64,000 bases of DNA from Guillardia theta CCMP2712. Lineage: Eukaryota; Protista; Cryptophyta. Each line of letters starts with the position of its first letter. Position 1 is the stretch's first letter. Both the position numbers and the translations under genes were made by a program. This document shows positions 34,401 to 49,400 of the stretch, one piece after another. The stretch covers positions 113,912 through 177,911 of the forward strand of contig NW_005434597.1 of the NCBI RefSeq assembly GCF_000315625.1, in the 5' to 3' direction. Below the pieces are notes generated by a model, which made no database searches, had not been told where the DNA came from, and worked only from the letters and a program-made list of their open reading frames with translations.

Positions 34401-37400
34401 AGATCAATCAGTCAAATCTCGCTTTCTTTGACAACTGCCTATTGACTTTACAAGGCAATTGTAAGACTCCTGATTTCAAGAAGAAGGTGCCACCACCGAA
34501 TTGCACCAACACCTCCTACACTTGCTCCAACTGGATAGATGTATTCCCTTCTATTTGCAAGCAAAACTGTACGCAATACCAATCCATCGGGAATCGTTCA
34601 TGCACTAACTTCACGTTGCAAAATGGAACAGTTGCAACCTTGTGTACCTCGATCGTCACGAATTACAGTTCATGTGCGATCCCGTACTTTTTTGTGAACG
34701 GATCTGTTTCAAAACTGTGTCACAACATCTCATTTTGTAAGAGTACTTCCTTTTGCTCCCAAGAGATAGTCACTACCAACGTGTCGATATGTACGAATTG
34801 GACGTACTCCAATTCCTCCAACGCTTCACAGGTGTGTAACAGCTGGTCGCAAGTGAATCGTTCGACAACTGTACAGCGTTGCACGTTGACGTTGAACACA
34901 TCTTGCACTTGGTCTTCGAGGTGCTTCGACAACACAAGCAATACGACATGCCAGAACAAGTCTTTATGCACCCAATGGGATGAGACTAACATTACTTACC
35001 CTTGCCCTGAGAATTCTTCTCAGTGCCTTTATGGACCGCTTGAATCATTTAATTACACCTGGGGACTTGTCGAGATTCCACCCAGGAGCACAAACCCACC
35101 TGATCGGTACAATTATTCTCTGAGACAAGCCATTGTAATCACTTATTATGGTAACTTGACGCTCAAAGGTTTCTCGTTCAGTCTTGATGTTTCAAACCCG
35201 CTCTACGGATTAGGATATCCTCCAGATATACATGATCGATACTCATACTTGGTGGTGTTGAAAGGTTTTGATATTGCTGGAATGTATAGCTTTGGCGTTC
35301 AGGAGAGAATAGAGTTTCAAATTCTTGTTCTTCCTCAGTTGCTTAACGTTACAAGCTTGTCGCAGAATACAACAGCAGGGGCTCTTGCTGAGGTTAGGTT
35401 TTCTTTGAATGCCTTGGAATTCCTCTGGCCGAATTCACCACAATTAACCATGCTATTTCCAGCTGGAAGTTATAGTACTAGGTACAGACTAAACACCAAT
35501 CCTGGAGCCGTGATGTACTTAGAGACGTTTGCAAGCTTTAGCCAAGCGATCAATTTATCCGTCCAAGTTTTCAATCCTTTTCCTCATCCCACAATTATCC
35601 AAAGTGGAGTATACACTAACCCGTCATTAACGAATTCCACTAGTCCTCAGCTGTGCGTCAATTTGAATTATTCGTGCTCGGACTGTTTGGCGCCAGCAAA
35701 GTCGTATTCGTATCAACAGCAATATCTGCTGATGGACCTGTCGCATGTTGTCAGCAATGCACAAATTAATACGACCCTGAATGCACTGACGGTCACAGTA
35801 CATGATATTGGAAATCCACTGGAAGCAAATATTCTCCCTGGATATTTCGATTTTACTATATCGGGGGAGTTCTTTAATCAGAGGCAAATCATAGCTAGAG
35901 CCTTTGGTATTCCTGCAGAGCGAACGACTGTGGGAATTCTGACAGTGGATCAAGTTGATTTGATAGAGAATGTTGTGAATAGAGAAACCAGGGTGAATGT
36001 AACAATTTCTTTGTATGGTGTTCTGGCGAACGAAAGCTACCTTGAATTCAGATTAAGTCCACAATTTCCGTTGTACTTGCGCAATGGTACCTTCGTTACC
36101 TTTCTGTTCTTACAGTACGAGATACAGATTGTAAATTACAATCAAGACATACTGCAAATTTTCCTGTCTGATTCTCAGTTGACGGAGATGTACAAAGCCA
36201 TGGAGTACAACGACGCCATTCAATCAAAGATCAGCGTATCCTTCTGTTGTTTGCAAAACCCTCCCCATTATGGATTTTACAATGTTATTCAAGAAATTAG
36301 AGCAATTTCAAACACATCGTATCTTGCAGAATTCCAAGGCAACTCTTCCGTGAAAAATAGATTATTAGAAGACTATCGTACGATGAATATTCAATTGTTG
36401 ATCAATTTGGAAAACAAATCCTCGTTTGGCAAAGGTGGAATCTCCGTGACCATCAAATTCAATCAAACAATCTATGCAGATAGTATTGTCAGTGTTTCTT
36501 TTCCTGTGTCTCCATTCAGTCCCTATCAGCAATACTCCAATGTATTTTACGACGTCCAAACTTTGAGACAATTCTCCGTTTTTGCTCATCTCAATCAGTC
36601 GGTGGAGTCAACATGCCAGAAATACTTAGTTTCCAACTGCCTCGATCCGGTTGCTGCAAACATTAGCATCGTGGAAAGCAATGATCCAGGCACTCTGTCT
36701 TTTCGTTTTGGATCGGATGTCCATCCTTGCCAAGGAAATTGCTCTAATTCTAGTAGTGGCTTGATCGCAATGTCAATTGATGGCAAACTTCAGAATCCTC
36801 GACGTCCTGAGTCAAATTTCCGCTTGAATGCTTCATTATATTTGAAGAATCCATTCAAAGTACAGTTTCTCTCTCCTTTCAAGAATCTTATGGAAATTCA
36901 TTTCCTCACTGGACCACTAACCATAGAAGCCTTTAAAGCACCTTTCACATCCCTTTACTCAAGCAGTCGATTGGCAGGATCGATCACATGGCTTGAGATT
37001 GAATACAGAACAATATCTGGCATGCAAGCTAACACCAAAGACTATATAGAAGTAACACTTCCGAAAGGGTACAAGGCATTGATGAGCACTACCGTTTTCA
37101 ACTCGAATGCCGTTCAAAAATTTTATCCTGGCTCAATATCTTGTTTGAAGACTCCGATATACGCTGAATGTATCAGTTTTGATAATCGGAGCTTCGGATC
37201 GTTGAACATTAGTACCCAAGTCCTAGGTCACACTCGGGGAATTTATGGAACTTTGCAATTGACGAAAGCATCCAACAATTCCCTTATATTCGAGCGTTGC
37301 TCCAACAACTTTGATGTTCCCTTTAACACAACGATTCTGTTTCGATTTGGTCCAGTCGTGAATCCTTTGCCTGCAAGTATCAGCTATTCTGGGAAGACTG

Positions 37401-40400
37401 TTCCTGGAGGAAATTTTGCTATTCAACTCAAGGATCAAAATGATTTCCTGATCGAATACGCACAAATAGCCGCTCCCCCGATATATCCTGATATACTCCC
37501 TAACGTTAATCTGTCTGGAAAGGTTTTCAGACTCAACGGATCTCGATCGAGTTCGATAGCAAGCTTTGAGGTTTCTTTCTTGAGCACATTTGACCTGTTC
37601 GTCGATTATGAAATCCACGTGATGCTACCACAAGGATATTTTGTGGATGTCTTATCGTTCAACTACACTTTATATCAAATGTCTGATGTGATACAACAAG
37701 GTAACTTTGAATCTGTAAACTCGTCTGCTATTCCGCAACAGGATACTTTCTCCGTATTTCTCCGCATCAAGCTTAACAGCTCGGTCCTGTCGATCAGTCC
37801 ATTGATGCTAGCCTTCAACGGCATTGGAATCTCAAGGGGTGGTACACAAGATAGGTTGCACAACTTTTACATTGCGACGACGACAAGCAATTGTCAAGAA
37901 TTCGCAGCATTAGAATGCCCCTATGCTCTGCAGTCAAATTATGCCGTAAATTTGTTTCCGCAAACTCTTCCTGGTGAAATTTACAACCTCAATGTTTCGA
38001 CGAACAGCAGTGCCGCAGGGAATGATGCATTACTGTCTATATCGTTGGAGACTTCAAACCCCTTCCCCGCTAGTGGTATTGTTGATGTTGAATTGCCACA
38101 GAAGTTTGAGATAAGTGGACCTCTTTCAATAAGCTTGCAGAATTTCACGTGCTACACTAGGTGCAATGCTTCCTCCTGCACTTCGTATATACCACCGGTG
38201 GAAATTTCAAACAAAGATTCGATCTCCTTTCAAGTACGATTCGGAAACATGGAAGTCTCTTACTGTAAAAGCGCAAGCCCCATATTTCCTTCTTCCCTAC
38301 AGGTGTACTCAACCAAAGCATCATTGTACGACCCCAACAACGTTGGCATCTTCGTCTCGTTTTCCGTGTTTCCGGTAACTCTCAGGCGGTTCTCGGGCAA
38401 AGATGGAGCGTATTCATTGAAGGTAGAAGACACGCAAGGTTCAATCATAGACCAGGGCAGTATTCCTGCCAACTTCATTTATCCAAACACTCTCTTATTT
38501 GCCTCATCACAGAAACTAAATCAGGCTGCATTTGACTACGTCGGTATAATCTTCCGTTTCCAGGTTTTCAACCCCATACCAAGCGGTGGAATGTTCGCAA
38601 TTCATTTTCCGATAGGATATCATATCCAGCAAGCTAGATTCCTTACAGGTTGGATTGGTTGGTCATTCGAGATTCCAAGCTCTGGTTTTCAACCATCGCA
38701 AATCATTTTAATCAGCAACAACTCAATGTTTATTGCTCCTCCTGCATCCGTGCAGAGTCAAATGTACATCAATATGATCATTGAAAATATAGCTGTGCAG
38801 TCGTACGCAAACGATGGATCTTTTGGCATTTCGACTTATTTATCTCAGAATGTGTCTCTTAATGAAAACGAAATTGACTTTGATTCACAAGTAAGGCTAA
38901 CTGGGTCAGCACCATCCTTGTTGCAGAACGTTTCCATACTCATGAATGGGAAACAAACAGGATTTGAGATTCATTTTTCGAGTGTTGTTCCTATCCAGAA
39001 TCTTTCAACAATAATGTTTTCAATTCCAACCAGTGCACCAGATCCATTTAATGTTACAAGTTTCCAACTTGATGATCAGAGCTTTTGCTCAGACAAAGGT
39101 GGTCAATGTCTGTACGTCAAGAAGTCGAACTTGACACCCTTGATCGTCTCAGCATTTCCTGATGTTGTCTGTCAGGGAACCCGAGAGTTGATAGTCCTGA
39201 TTGGGACGAATTTTGATGGTGCAAATTCCGAGTCTCTCCACTTCTCGCTGGGTAAGTTTGATACCAGTCGTTCGAATAGCCCCTTGAGAATCCATTCAAT
39301 CGTTTCTTCGGATATTCTTATTTTGCAATTGGATTGCACTGGATCGAATCAATCGTGTGTAAACTCAAATTCGTCATTCCAGACAGAGATGCTACGAGTC
39401 TCAACTGATGGAGGAAAACGTTTCTGCGAAAGTACTGTGATGATAACATTTGCATCGCCACATTTAAATTCCTCTGGATTAGAATGTAGCAAACCTATCA
39501 TTTCACCCCTGACGCTGTCGAAGAACTATTTTGCTCTTAATTCAACAGAGGTCCTGGAAATGACAATTTTTTCTCGCAACATCAGTTTGGATGCATCGCG
39601 ACTGAAGTGTGTCTTCTTTTCAAACTACTCTAGCGATACGTTTGTTGGTTTGAATCACGATCCTGCATTGCTCTTTAGGGTGAACGATTCAGGCTTTGAT
39701 GCATTTCTTTACCAAATAAGTTGTGCTTTGCCAAGGGAAGCAAATGAGTATGCTATTGAGGTGGGCGTCTCCCTCAATTCATCACAGTTTCAACGATCTG
39801 GAAAGAAGCTTGCAATTTTTCTTTATGACAAAGTGGAGGAGGTGGTAACACGGCGTATTCAGTTACAAAATCAAGATTACATCTATTTCTTTTCACATCC
39901 TTGGCATCCTGGATCTGATGTGCCTCATTCTCATATAATTCAGGTAGGCACAGACCTTTATGTGATCTCTCGATCAGAGTCTACTACATACAACTGTACA
40001 TTCAAGTACGGAAGCTATGATAAGCGATGTGTTGATACCAAAGCTCGGCATGAACACTTTTTCATTCTACCACAAGGTATATCTGACATCCCCAAAGTGA
40101 AGGTGCAAACACCGCCGTTGGGGTTTCCTGTTCCATCTTCCAACGTTTTCGGCTTTGGAGTATACGATCAAGTAGACCCTGGGTATTCAAGCAAACTGAA
40201 GAACATAAGCTTAGCGCATTGTTTGATTGAAAACTATGGAGGAAGTCGCATTGAAATTCGAGCGCCAGCAGCAATCCTGCCGAATCAACATGTCAAGATT
40301 TCTTTCGAAATATCTGGCATTTTCCCCTTTCCAAATGGCTCCTTTCAATTGGCTGTTTTGACCTCTAACCAAAGTTGTACAACTCCGTGGACATGTTCGA

Positions 40401-43400
40401 TGATCGCAAGGTCGCTAAATGTTAGTGACGTCGTTCTTCAGCCTGATTACTTTCGGCAACCATCTGTGACATCGGAAAATTTCTCAATCGCTTTTAATGG
40501 GTCCTTGACATTCCGAATGATGACTGTGAAATCGATTCCTACATCAAGTGTGATTGGCGTTATTTTACCGAAAGATTTCAGACTTTCTTGGAAATCTGAG
40601 ATATATTCTCAAATTTACACAAGACTGATCCTTGAGAATTCAACAAACAACACCAGTAATCTTTCATGTTCAAATTACAGTGACTTTGCACAAAATTTGT
40701 CCTGCAGCATGTCCACTAACTACTCTGCTAGCAATCAAACAAATGTTCAAAAAACTCAGGAATTGACGGTGAAAGTACCTTTCAATGGGACCTTCACACT
40801 GAAAACATTAGGATCTTTTCTGCCAACTCTTCAGATTTACCCCTTCTCAGCCCTGCCCTCGGCATTAGTTTTCGTGAATAGCACCATTCCGTCTGAGTCA
40901 GTGTTTGAGTTTGTTCTGACTGACGTGGAATTCCCTTGGTACACCTCGTTAGAAGCGTTGAATTCAAGCGTATTTGTAGCCCAAGCATATTTGAACAAGG
41001 CTTTCATAACTCAGTATTCTACCGGATTCCAGTTACAACCATTGAAACCAGGATTAATATCGCACATTAGGATTCAGTCAGAGTCGTTGTATGCAGCTAA
41101 TTTGTTTGCTGTTAATGTTTCATTCCAAATATCAAACGAAATTCTCAACGGATCTTTCAGGGTACAATTCCCCTCCGACTTTCAAGTTCTTCAATACGAA
41201 AATGTTACCTTTTCAATTTATGTTCAGGACACAGATGTAACAAGTGTTTCGAGAGTATCTTTCTTTGATCGGAGATCACTTGATATCAAGTTTGGAATAA
41301 GAATAATTTCGAATTCGAATGTTCGTCTACATATGAGAAACATTCTTGCATCACAATTTGCAGGATCCATTCATGATCTTTATACTGTGAGTAGTTTGGC
41401 AGCCAATGGATATCTTGTAGATCGAGGTGAATATGTCTGTAAAGGTTGCCCATTGGTCGAGTGCTGTCTAAGACCAGGTGTTTTTACATCTGCTGCTTCT
41501 CCCAAGTCTGCTCTGACAACTGGTTCAAGAAATGTTATTCAGGTCCAGCTTTCAACAGCTTTCAAGTGGTCCAAGAATTCGACTCTGAAAATCTCTCTTC
41601 CGATCCACTATTACAGTTGTGACAATCTTACCCGTGGCGAGCTGCTAATTACTCGTCAAGATGGAACCAATCAGTTTTGCGCCATCTCAGTTACATCCGA
41701 CTTAACAAAATCGTGTGCTCCAAATTACATTTCACCGAATTGTAGTCAATTACAACCATTCTGTTTACCCAATTACAATCATGATGTAGTACAGTCAGTC
41801 CAAGTCAAGCTGTTGGATTCTTGTATAAACTTATCCGATGTGAAGCAGTATACTTTTTCGTTGCAGGTCAGGGCTCCGAGCGCAATCTCAAGGTCCGACT
41901 TCTTTGTCTTTGAGTTTATTGATTCCCAATGTTGGTACAATGATACTTCATTGTGTATCAAAAGCGTAATTGATGCGAGAAACCAGTCGTCTCTGGTTGT
42001 GGAATATTCGAACTTGACATCTCCAAGTTTGGTCCTGTCCAACAATATAAGCAATTTCTCTTGTGACAGCTTGTCTGTACAGTTTCGACCGTATATTCCA
42101 GTGCCTGTGAAAGGATATATTTTCATCGACCTGCCGATAGTACTCACGGTAGACACAAGTCTGCAAAGCAATATCAATCTTTCTGTGGACAATAAATCGG
42201 TCGTTTACGACATGAACAGGAAAGGACAGTCAATTTCACTTCGTCTAATCGACACAGACATCTATCAAAACAGTCTAGTCTCGGTGACATTTCTGTGCAT
42301 TCAAAATAGACTGAGTCAGCTCCGACAAGATGTACTTCAGACAAGAACTGCAGATGAAACATTGAATTTCTTCCAAAGAACATACTTGCCAGGTCCCTTG
42401 TTTTTCTCATTTGACACTCACTAACTTTGTTGCAGTGCTGTTGCAATCGCGGCTGTTAAATGGCGCTATACAAGTTCTTTCGATCTGCACTTGTTCAAAT
42501 TATATGCTGTGCCAAGGATCCTGCATAACTTCTGAAGACCGGGTTCGCATAGCTGGTGTCCAAAGTTATCAGATCAACTTGACAGCACCTCAACAGTTGT
42601 TGAATGGCAAGAACTTTGTGAGTGTAGTACTTCCTGCAAGTTTCGACATCTCCAAGTTTTCATTCATCTCGATGGATGTATGGTGTTCTCTAATTCTCTT
42701 GTCTCCACCTCGTATTTCTTGCAGAATCCTTCGTTCAATACCTTCTTATAGCACTGTTTCCGTTCTACTTGGAAACATCATCAGTCCACTTGCATACGAT
42801 CAGAGTGAGGTTTCAGTGTATCTTGAAGACGCAAACAGATATATCATAGCTGCTTTTTCACACAGGTTTCAGATTTATCCAGGCTTGCTACTCAATTATC
42901 AGGCATTCTTCCACAATTTTCCTTTCCCCGGCAGGAGTGTAACTTTGGATCTATCCTTTAATGCCACGTTCCCCGCTGAAGGATCATTCGTCCTGACCCT
43001 CCCCACGTCAATGTATGTCACAAACGCAACGAACAATTTCAAGCTACTGGCAGGTGGCTGCATCAATCAATACAACTTTACTCCTTGGACCCCCTATTCT
43101 CTTATCTCTTATTTCAAGACAAATAGAACATGCATAGGGCGAGTACATTTCGTCTTTGATGTATTTCTGAAGGAAGTTTCCAATGATACACAAATCTTGA
43201 CATCCATGTTTGAGGGAAATGCATATACTGGATCCTTGCTCGGAGAATTTAGTGCTCCCACAAAATATTTCGGAAAAAGTGTAAATATCAGTGAAATTCA
43301 AATTCAACAAAAGATTGGAAGCTGCTCCGATACGGCGGACTGTTTTGTGATAGTCAAAATATTCAATAGCACATCTCAAAACTTTGTTGTGAGCTTGACT

Positions 43401-46400
43401 GATTTGAATTACACCTTTACAATGCCTGTGACTGCGTGCAGATTTCAAAATTGTAGTTATCCTGCGACCGGAGACTTACAACTCGATTTTGGTTATGGGA
43501 TAGTCGACACCAACTCTTCTCATTTGCAATTTCAGTTCAAATACAATGCCATGAATTCCATGAATGACACAAAGAATCTCAACTCGAACACAATCACGTT
43601 TTGTTTGTACAGAAGCAAGCTATTTGCGGGATGTAGTACTGTAAATATTGAAGGCAAACCTCCAAGCCCTGTCATCACAGACCTTTTGCAAACAGGAGTG
43701 GGAATAGTTCGCATTCAACTTTCTCTGGACGACAACTTCACTTACCTTTCTTTGGAGGCCATCGCCTTGTCTGACAACGGATACCAGACGCGAGAAGTTT
43801 TTCCCTGCTGCAGCATAGGACTTGCGGGTTGCTGTCAGCTGCGAAATGTCGAATTGGGAAATCTTTCAGCTGGACAGGTTCGCTTTGCCCTCATTGCTAA
43901 CGGTCTTGCCGGTGCAAGCCCGATCAGCAATTTCTCTTGGTTCTATGTCATAGGGTTGCCTCCCATACCTCAAAACCTAATAGCAGCTTATGTGCAGAAT
44001 AGTTTTGATTTCAACCTGTCTTGGAATCAGATTCCTTTACAAAGCCCGTACTTTCGCTTTTATGAGCTGAGGATCAATGATACTGTGATCAGTCTGCCAA
44101 TTGAGACTACAAGCTATCTCGTACAGCAAGTAGGAAACATTTCAATCATACCAGGCACAGAATATAATATTTCTCTATCAGTGTCCCTTGCGAACCTGAG
44201 CTTTCCTGTTGGTTATCAATCTAGACAAAGTATCAGCGAATTTTTATCCTTCAAGACCCTGTCATACTTGTCCCCACTACCAATTATTCGGTCTTGCCCA
44301 AGTGGACCATTGTCAATCTTGGTGCAGCTGTATTCTTTCTCCTTCATATCAAAGATTACTGCAGAGGTATACGTTTTCAATGAATCTGATCCCTCCATAC
44401 TGTGCTGTGCACGCAGCACATGTTTGATAGATGCAAGCCAACATCTATGCAGCCAATCATGCCCTACTGCACTCGGTTTGGATTTGCAGCAGAGTGTCGA
44501 AAAATTTACCTTGGTAAAATTTTCTGATGAGTTGAATTGGAACTTTTACAATCTATCTCGAGGCTTTTTGTACACGATCATCTTCACGGCATACAATCAG
44601 ATTTCGAGCGTAAGCAGCAATGTCACGGTGCAGGCGATTGACAGGAATATCCCAGCAATCTCAGGTGTATGGTATAATCTAGTCAACATCTCTGGATCCT
44701 TACAGCTGAATATATCCTGGCATGTACCTACCTACCCGATCGACTTTCATACAGAAATTTTGATGAACTCTCGCCGATCATTCTACCTCCCCGTGATACC
44801 ACAACAAAATTCATCTTATACAGACACTGCAGAACAGCAGTACATTCAAACTTACAATGCAAGTGACTTAGATTATACAACCGTAAACGGGAATCATTTC
44901 ATTGTATATTCCAATAGCTTTCACAGTACAACTCACCCTGCTGAGGTTCTAGATTCAATCCTCTGGCAGGTCAGCTACATCTACATTTACAACAGCAGTG
45001 CTGGAAAATTTGCGGGAGCTTGTGCTCTCAATCAATCTTGCTCCTTGTTCATATCGAGCTCAAACGGCAGTTACATGCAAGCTAATTCAACCATCTCAGA
45101 TAATCTCATTTCGACAGGTGCATACCAAGTATTGAATTCTTTTGGTGCAATCAAATCAAAATTTGTCTTTCTCGACCAAGAATCATATCTAGTGATTGTG
45201 AATTCACTTGTTCCCAAGAGCTACTTTTGTTCGCAAAGGAGTGAGACAGGTATATACGGACTTGCGTGCACAGGAAATCTTACATCAAGCATTGATGATT
45301 GCAAATTGAGTTGTCCACAAGAATGCTTTTGCATGCCAGCATTGAAAGGATCCCTGAGTCCAGAGCAGGTTGGTCGAGCCCCAGAGGTGACGCTCTACAA
45401 GTACAACTCTAACTCATCACTGTTTGAATATCATTCTGTCGTGAATCGATTTGCAGAAGCTCAATCTCGACCTTCTGGTGTGGACTTCTTAGATGTGCAG
45501 CTGTGCAACAATAATCTAAATATATCTTGTCGAGGGAGCACAGAAAATTGCTCTTGCAAGAATGTTTCATTTCTCATAGTAACTGACCAGGTAAACGACT
45601 CTGTTGTTTTCTCGTGGGACTCTAATCTTCAACGATTCATCCTTCACCAAACTCTGCGAGGGATTGGGACGGGGTCGGTGGCATCGGTTCATGCGATTAC
45701 GGCTCATGGAATATTCTTGTTCATCCTTAATCAGGGCCAAGTGAACAACACTTCAACAGCGTCGGCTGTGTACAAGTTGAATGGGACCGAATTCATCCGT
45801 GTGTCTTCCTTCCCATCCTACCAGGCTAGTGGCATTTCCCATTTCGCTGTGGGAACCTCTGATTACATTGTTGTATCTAATGGTGGATTGAATTCATCGG
45901 TTGGAAAGAAGTGTACAGGAGTTGTATGTCGAGGCAATCATTGCGCTTGTGATGGCACGGCTGCAGCATGTAATGTTGATGCCTGCCCCATTGTTTATCG
46001 TCTTGAGAATGATTCTCTGATGTATCTCCAAACTTTACAAGTTGCCGATGCGACCTCGGTGGAAACTTTCCATGTAAGGGACTCAGCTTTCGAAACAAAT
46101 CGTGACTACATCATATTTTCAACGAGTCTTGGAGAAGGCTCAGGCGCCGTATACTCGGAAATTTTTATATGGAATACTACTCTGCAGCAGTTTTCTCCAT
46201 TGATCACGTTTTTCAGCGGGCAAGTCACTAGATGGCGGGTGTTTGTGATGGATCAAGCCGTATATTTTGCATCTGCGATTCGTAAACAGTCGAGCCTCAG
46301 CACAGCTTCGTGTCAAGCTCTGAATGGGCTGTGTGCAGTGACCAACAGCATCTGCTTTCATCCCTACGATGGCTCCCCTTGCATTTCCGAAACATGGGCG

Positions 46401-49400
46401 ATGTTTCCACCACAAGACAAGCTTTTTGCCGCACTTTCACCCATCCTCAGGACTGACTCCTGGCCTGCTTATCAACTAGTCTCCATCTTGAATACAAGCT
46501 CGAACTATGCGGTGAAATATCGCCTTGAAGTTGGAGAGGAGTACTCCCTACAACTTCGTGGAGTGAATCTGTTGGGACAAGGCCCGTTATCTTCACCCGT
46601 AGTTTTCACCGCAAAAAAGCTTCCAGAGGCTCGATGGCTTCCTGCAACATACTATCCGAATTTTCAGTTTCAGCTCCATTGGTTTCCGCCAAATTATGAT
46701 CCAGAAATTTCAATCTTGGAGTATAGACTTCAACTGTTTCTGAACTGTGCAGACCAAAGTACTTCGTACAACGCTGTGGCATGTTTACTTGGGGTGAAGC
46801 CGACGTCATGTTGCAGACTTGGAGAGACGTACTATCTTGGAAACGTCACTTCATACCTTCTGTTCCTTTACAACGTAGACATCCATCAAAGAGTAGACTT
46901 GTACCTCTACCCTGTTTTTCAAACTACTCAATATCCCTATATTCAGTATGGGGCCCCTGCTGTAAGCAGTATTTTCACGGTCACGCAGCCGTCAGGGGTG
47001 AGAAACCTAGAAGTTGGTTCAGCTTATGGACGGAATAGAATATTTAGCGGATGGCAGTCTCCTGTGGACTTCGGCATTGGCCAAGATGATCCATTGCATT
47101 TCTCAAAGCAGTATAATCTCATTTTCTTTTACAATCTGACTGTAATTGGTAGTGATGGTACAGAACATGTCCAATGTGTTGCATTAGACGGAACTGGATG
47201 TGATTGTGGAAATCTGCAGAGTTGTTTCCAGGCTGTGCAATTTTTTGTAAATGTACAATTGATTTCTCCTTCACAACAAGGAATATTGAGCTCAGAAATA
47301 GCATATTCCATAAAGGTTTCTATGAAAGTGTCGAATTTTGATGGTATTTTGCTGTTTGATACACCAGTGGCTGAAGGAAGCGTTTGTGCTGAAGAATTCC
47401 CTCTAAGTCCGACCAGCTTATCCGTGAGTAACGACGGGACCGGTAGCTTCACTGCTCATTGGATAGCAGAAGTTAACGGTCCATGTGGAAAGAATTTTAT
47501 TAGCAATTTCCTTCTGCAAGTATCGGACCATGATTACTTTTATCCTATTTATGACCAATATAATTTCACAGATCTCAGTAGCGAGTGTGGAATACTTGGG
47601 CAAGTGACAGGAATATATATATCTTGGCAAGAGCGCACATGGCACTCCCCAGGGTTTGTGGATGGGCACCAGTATCATTTCCGAATCTTTTCACAAAATC
47701 CTTCTGGCACCAGCCTCCCTTCCAACATAGTTTCTATTTTCAAGAGAAATACTCTACCCATAGCTTCTTTTGGAATTCCAGGCACTGAAGTGATCTACCC
47801 AGAGAGCGTATCGCTTCGCTTTACAGTTTGCTTCCCAGAAAATTTTTCAATCCCATACTTGCATGTAAAAGCTTGTCCAATTTCGCTTTGTACTCAGCCT
47901 CTCTACCTACGAATCTGGGTTCAGCAGAATTGTTCTGAATATCGAGTTCTATTTCCAAATCTTGTGAAAGGGACTTTTTACAAGTTTGATATTGTAGGAC
48001 CTTACAAGAGGCCCAGCGATGTTTATTCCAAAACGATCTATGAAAGGAGTGTCGGGCTACCTGGATTGATTGACCCGAACTCTGTGATTGTCTCCAATCC
48101 CTTTGGGAAATCTGGAAGTCTGGAGCTCTCCTGGCTCCCACCTGTGGAGAAAGGGTTGGGCAAGGGAAATGATTTCTTGTTGGTAAATTATTCTGTTTCC
48201 ATGTATACTTCTTTGGACAAACCTCCAAATCAAACAATCATTGTCAGTGCTGTTTACAATGTTTCAGAGCAAATACTCAGTGCAGGTTACAATTTATCAG
48301 AGCAAAATGCGCAAACTGGCACTTCTGAATACACTTCTCAAGGAGTCCTTGATCCAAGATTACGAATCTACTTTAAACTTCCTGTGAATATTTCGGGATT
48401 CAGCGATTCTTACACCAACAATATGAGCCTCTCTGGTAATGGATCCCGTCTGATGAACAAGCATTTTCTGTCTCTAATCGTTGATGGTTTGCTTCCAGGG
48501 CAGACTTATTTTTTCACAATCTCTGCCTCCAATTTCCTCGGGTATGGACCTTCAGTGGGTGTCAAAGGCGAGATATTTGGGAGGCCCAGGTTTCATCCAC
48601 AAGCTCCATCACGTTTCAACGTCGATGGAATGAACGATGCTTTCAGTATGACATGGCATCTAGATCGCATCACCCAAAACTATAGATACCTTGAAACTGT
48701 CTCAGCATTCACACTACAGGTTGAAAATGGTCCTGTCATCAACAATTACACCATTTCCAATCGGACATTTCGATACGGCCTTACTCTTCCTAGAAAGAAC
48801 AAGACCGAACAATTTTGTTTTTCCATGTTTGCTTACAATGAAGTGGGGCGAAGTCCGTCATCCCAAAGAATTTGCTTTAATTCTTCAAATTTTACTGTTT
48901 CAAACTACAACATCTCGAAAGTCTGTAATTACACTGGATGTTTCATAGTTTGGCCGGACTTTCTGAATGTGGAAGCTGGTACGTTGTATGGAGTAGAATT
49001 GGAGTATTGCAGAAAACCATATCCATGGAATTCCTTCGGTAGGTCACCATGGTGTGACACAGAGTTCATTTCTGAGTCATCGTGCAACTTCTCGAATTGC
49101 GCGACAAATCTCTACGGCATATCCCTAGGAGCTTCATTTCCTGTGCGCTATCGGATTTGGAAAAGTGTTTCAAACCTTGGAGTCGAGAGGATTTCTAGTG
49201 AATGGATAAGTGATACACTTTTCTTTGATCCGCTTAACAGCGGAAGTGTAATTTTTACAGGCGTTTCTTTGCAACAAGCATCCCAGAATGCTGTACCACA
49301 ACTCAAGTTGATCGTTGTCGTGAAAAACGTGAGATTCTCTCTCAACACTTCTTTCTTAAAATTGGTGTCAAAGAAGAATTCGTCCAACAGCCTTATTTTA

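Noticed and set aside
42411-42424. Programmed frameshift or translational coupling at the ORF2/ORF3 overlap
   Set aside because: Fully explained by the 43-nt intron 42393-42435 with a CTAAC branch site.
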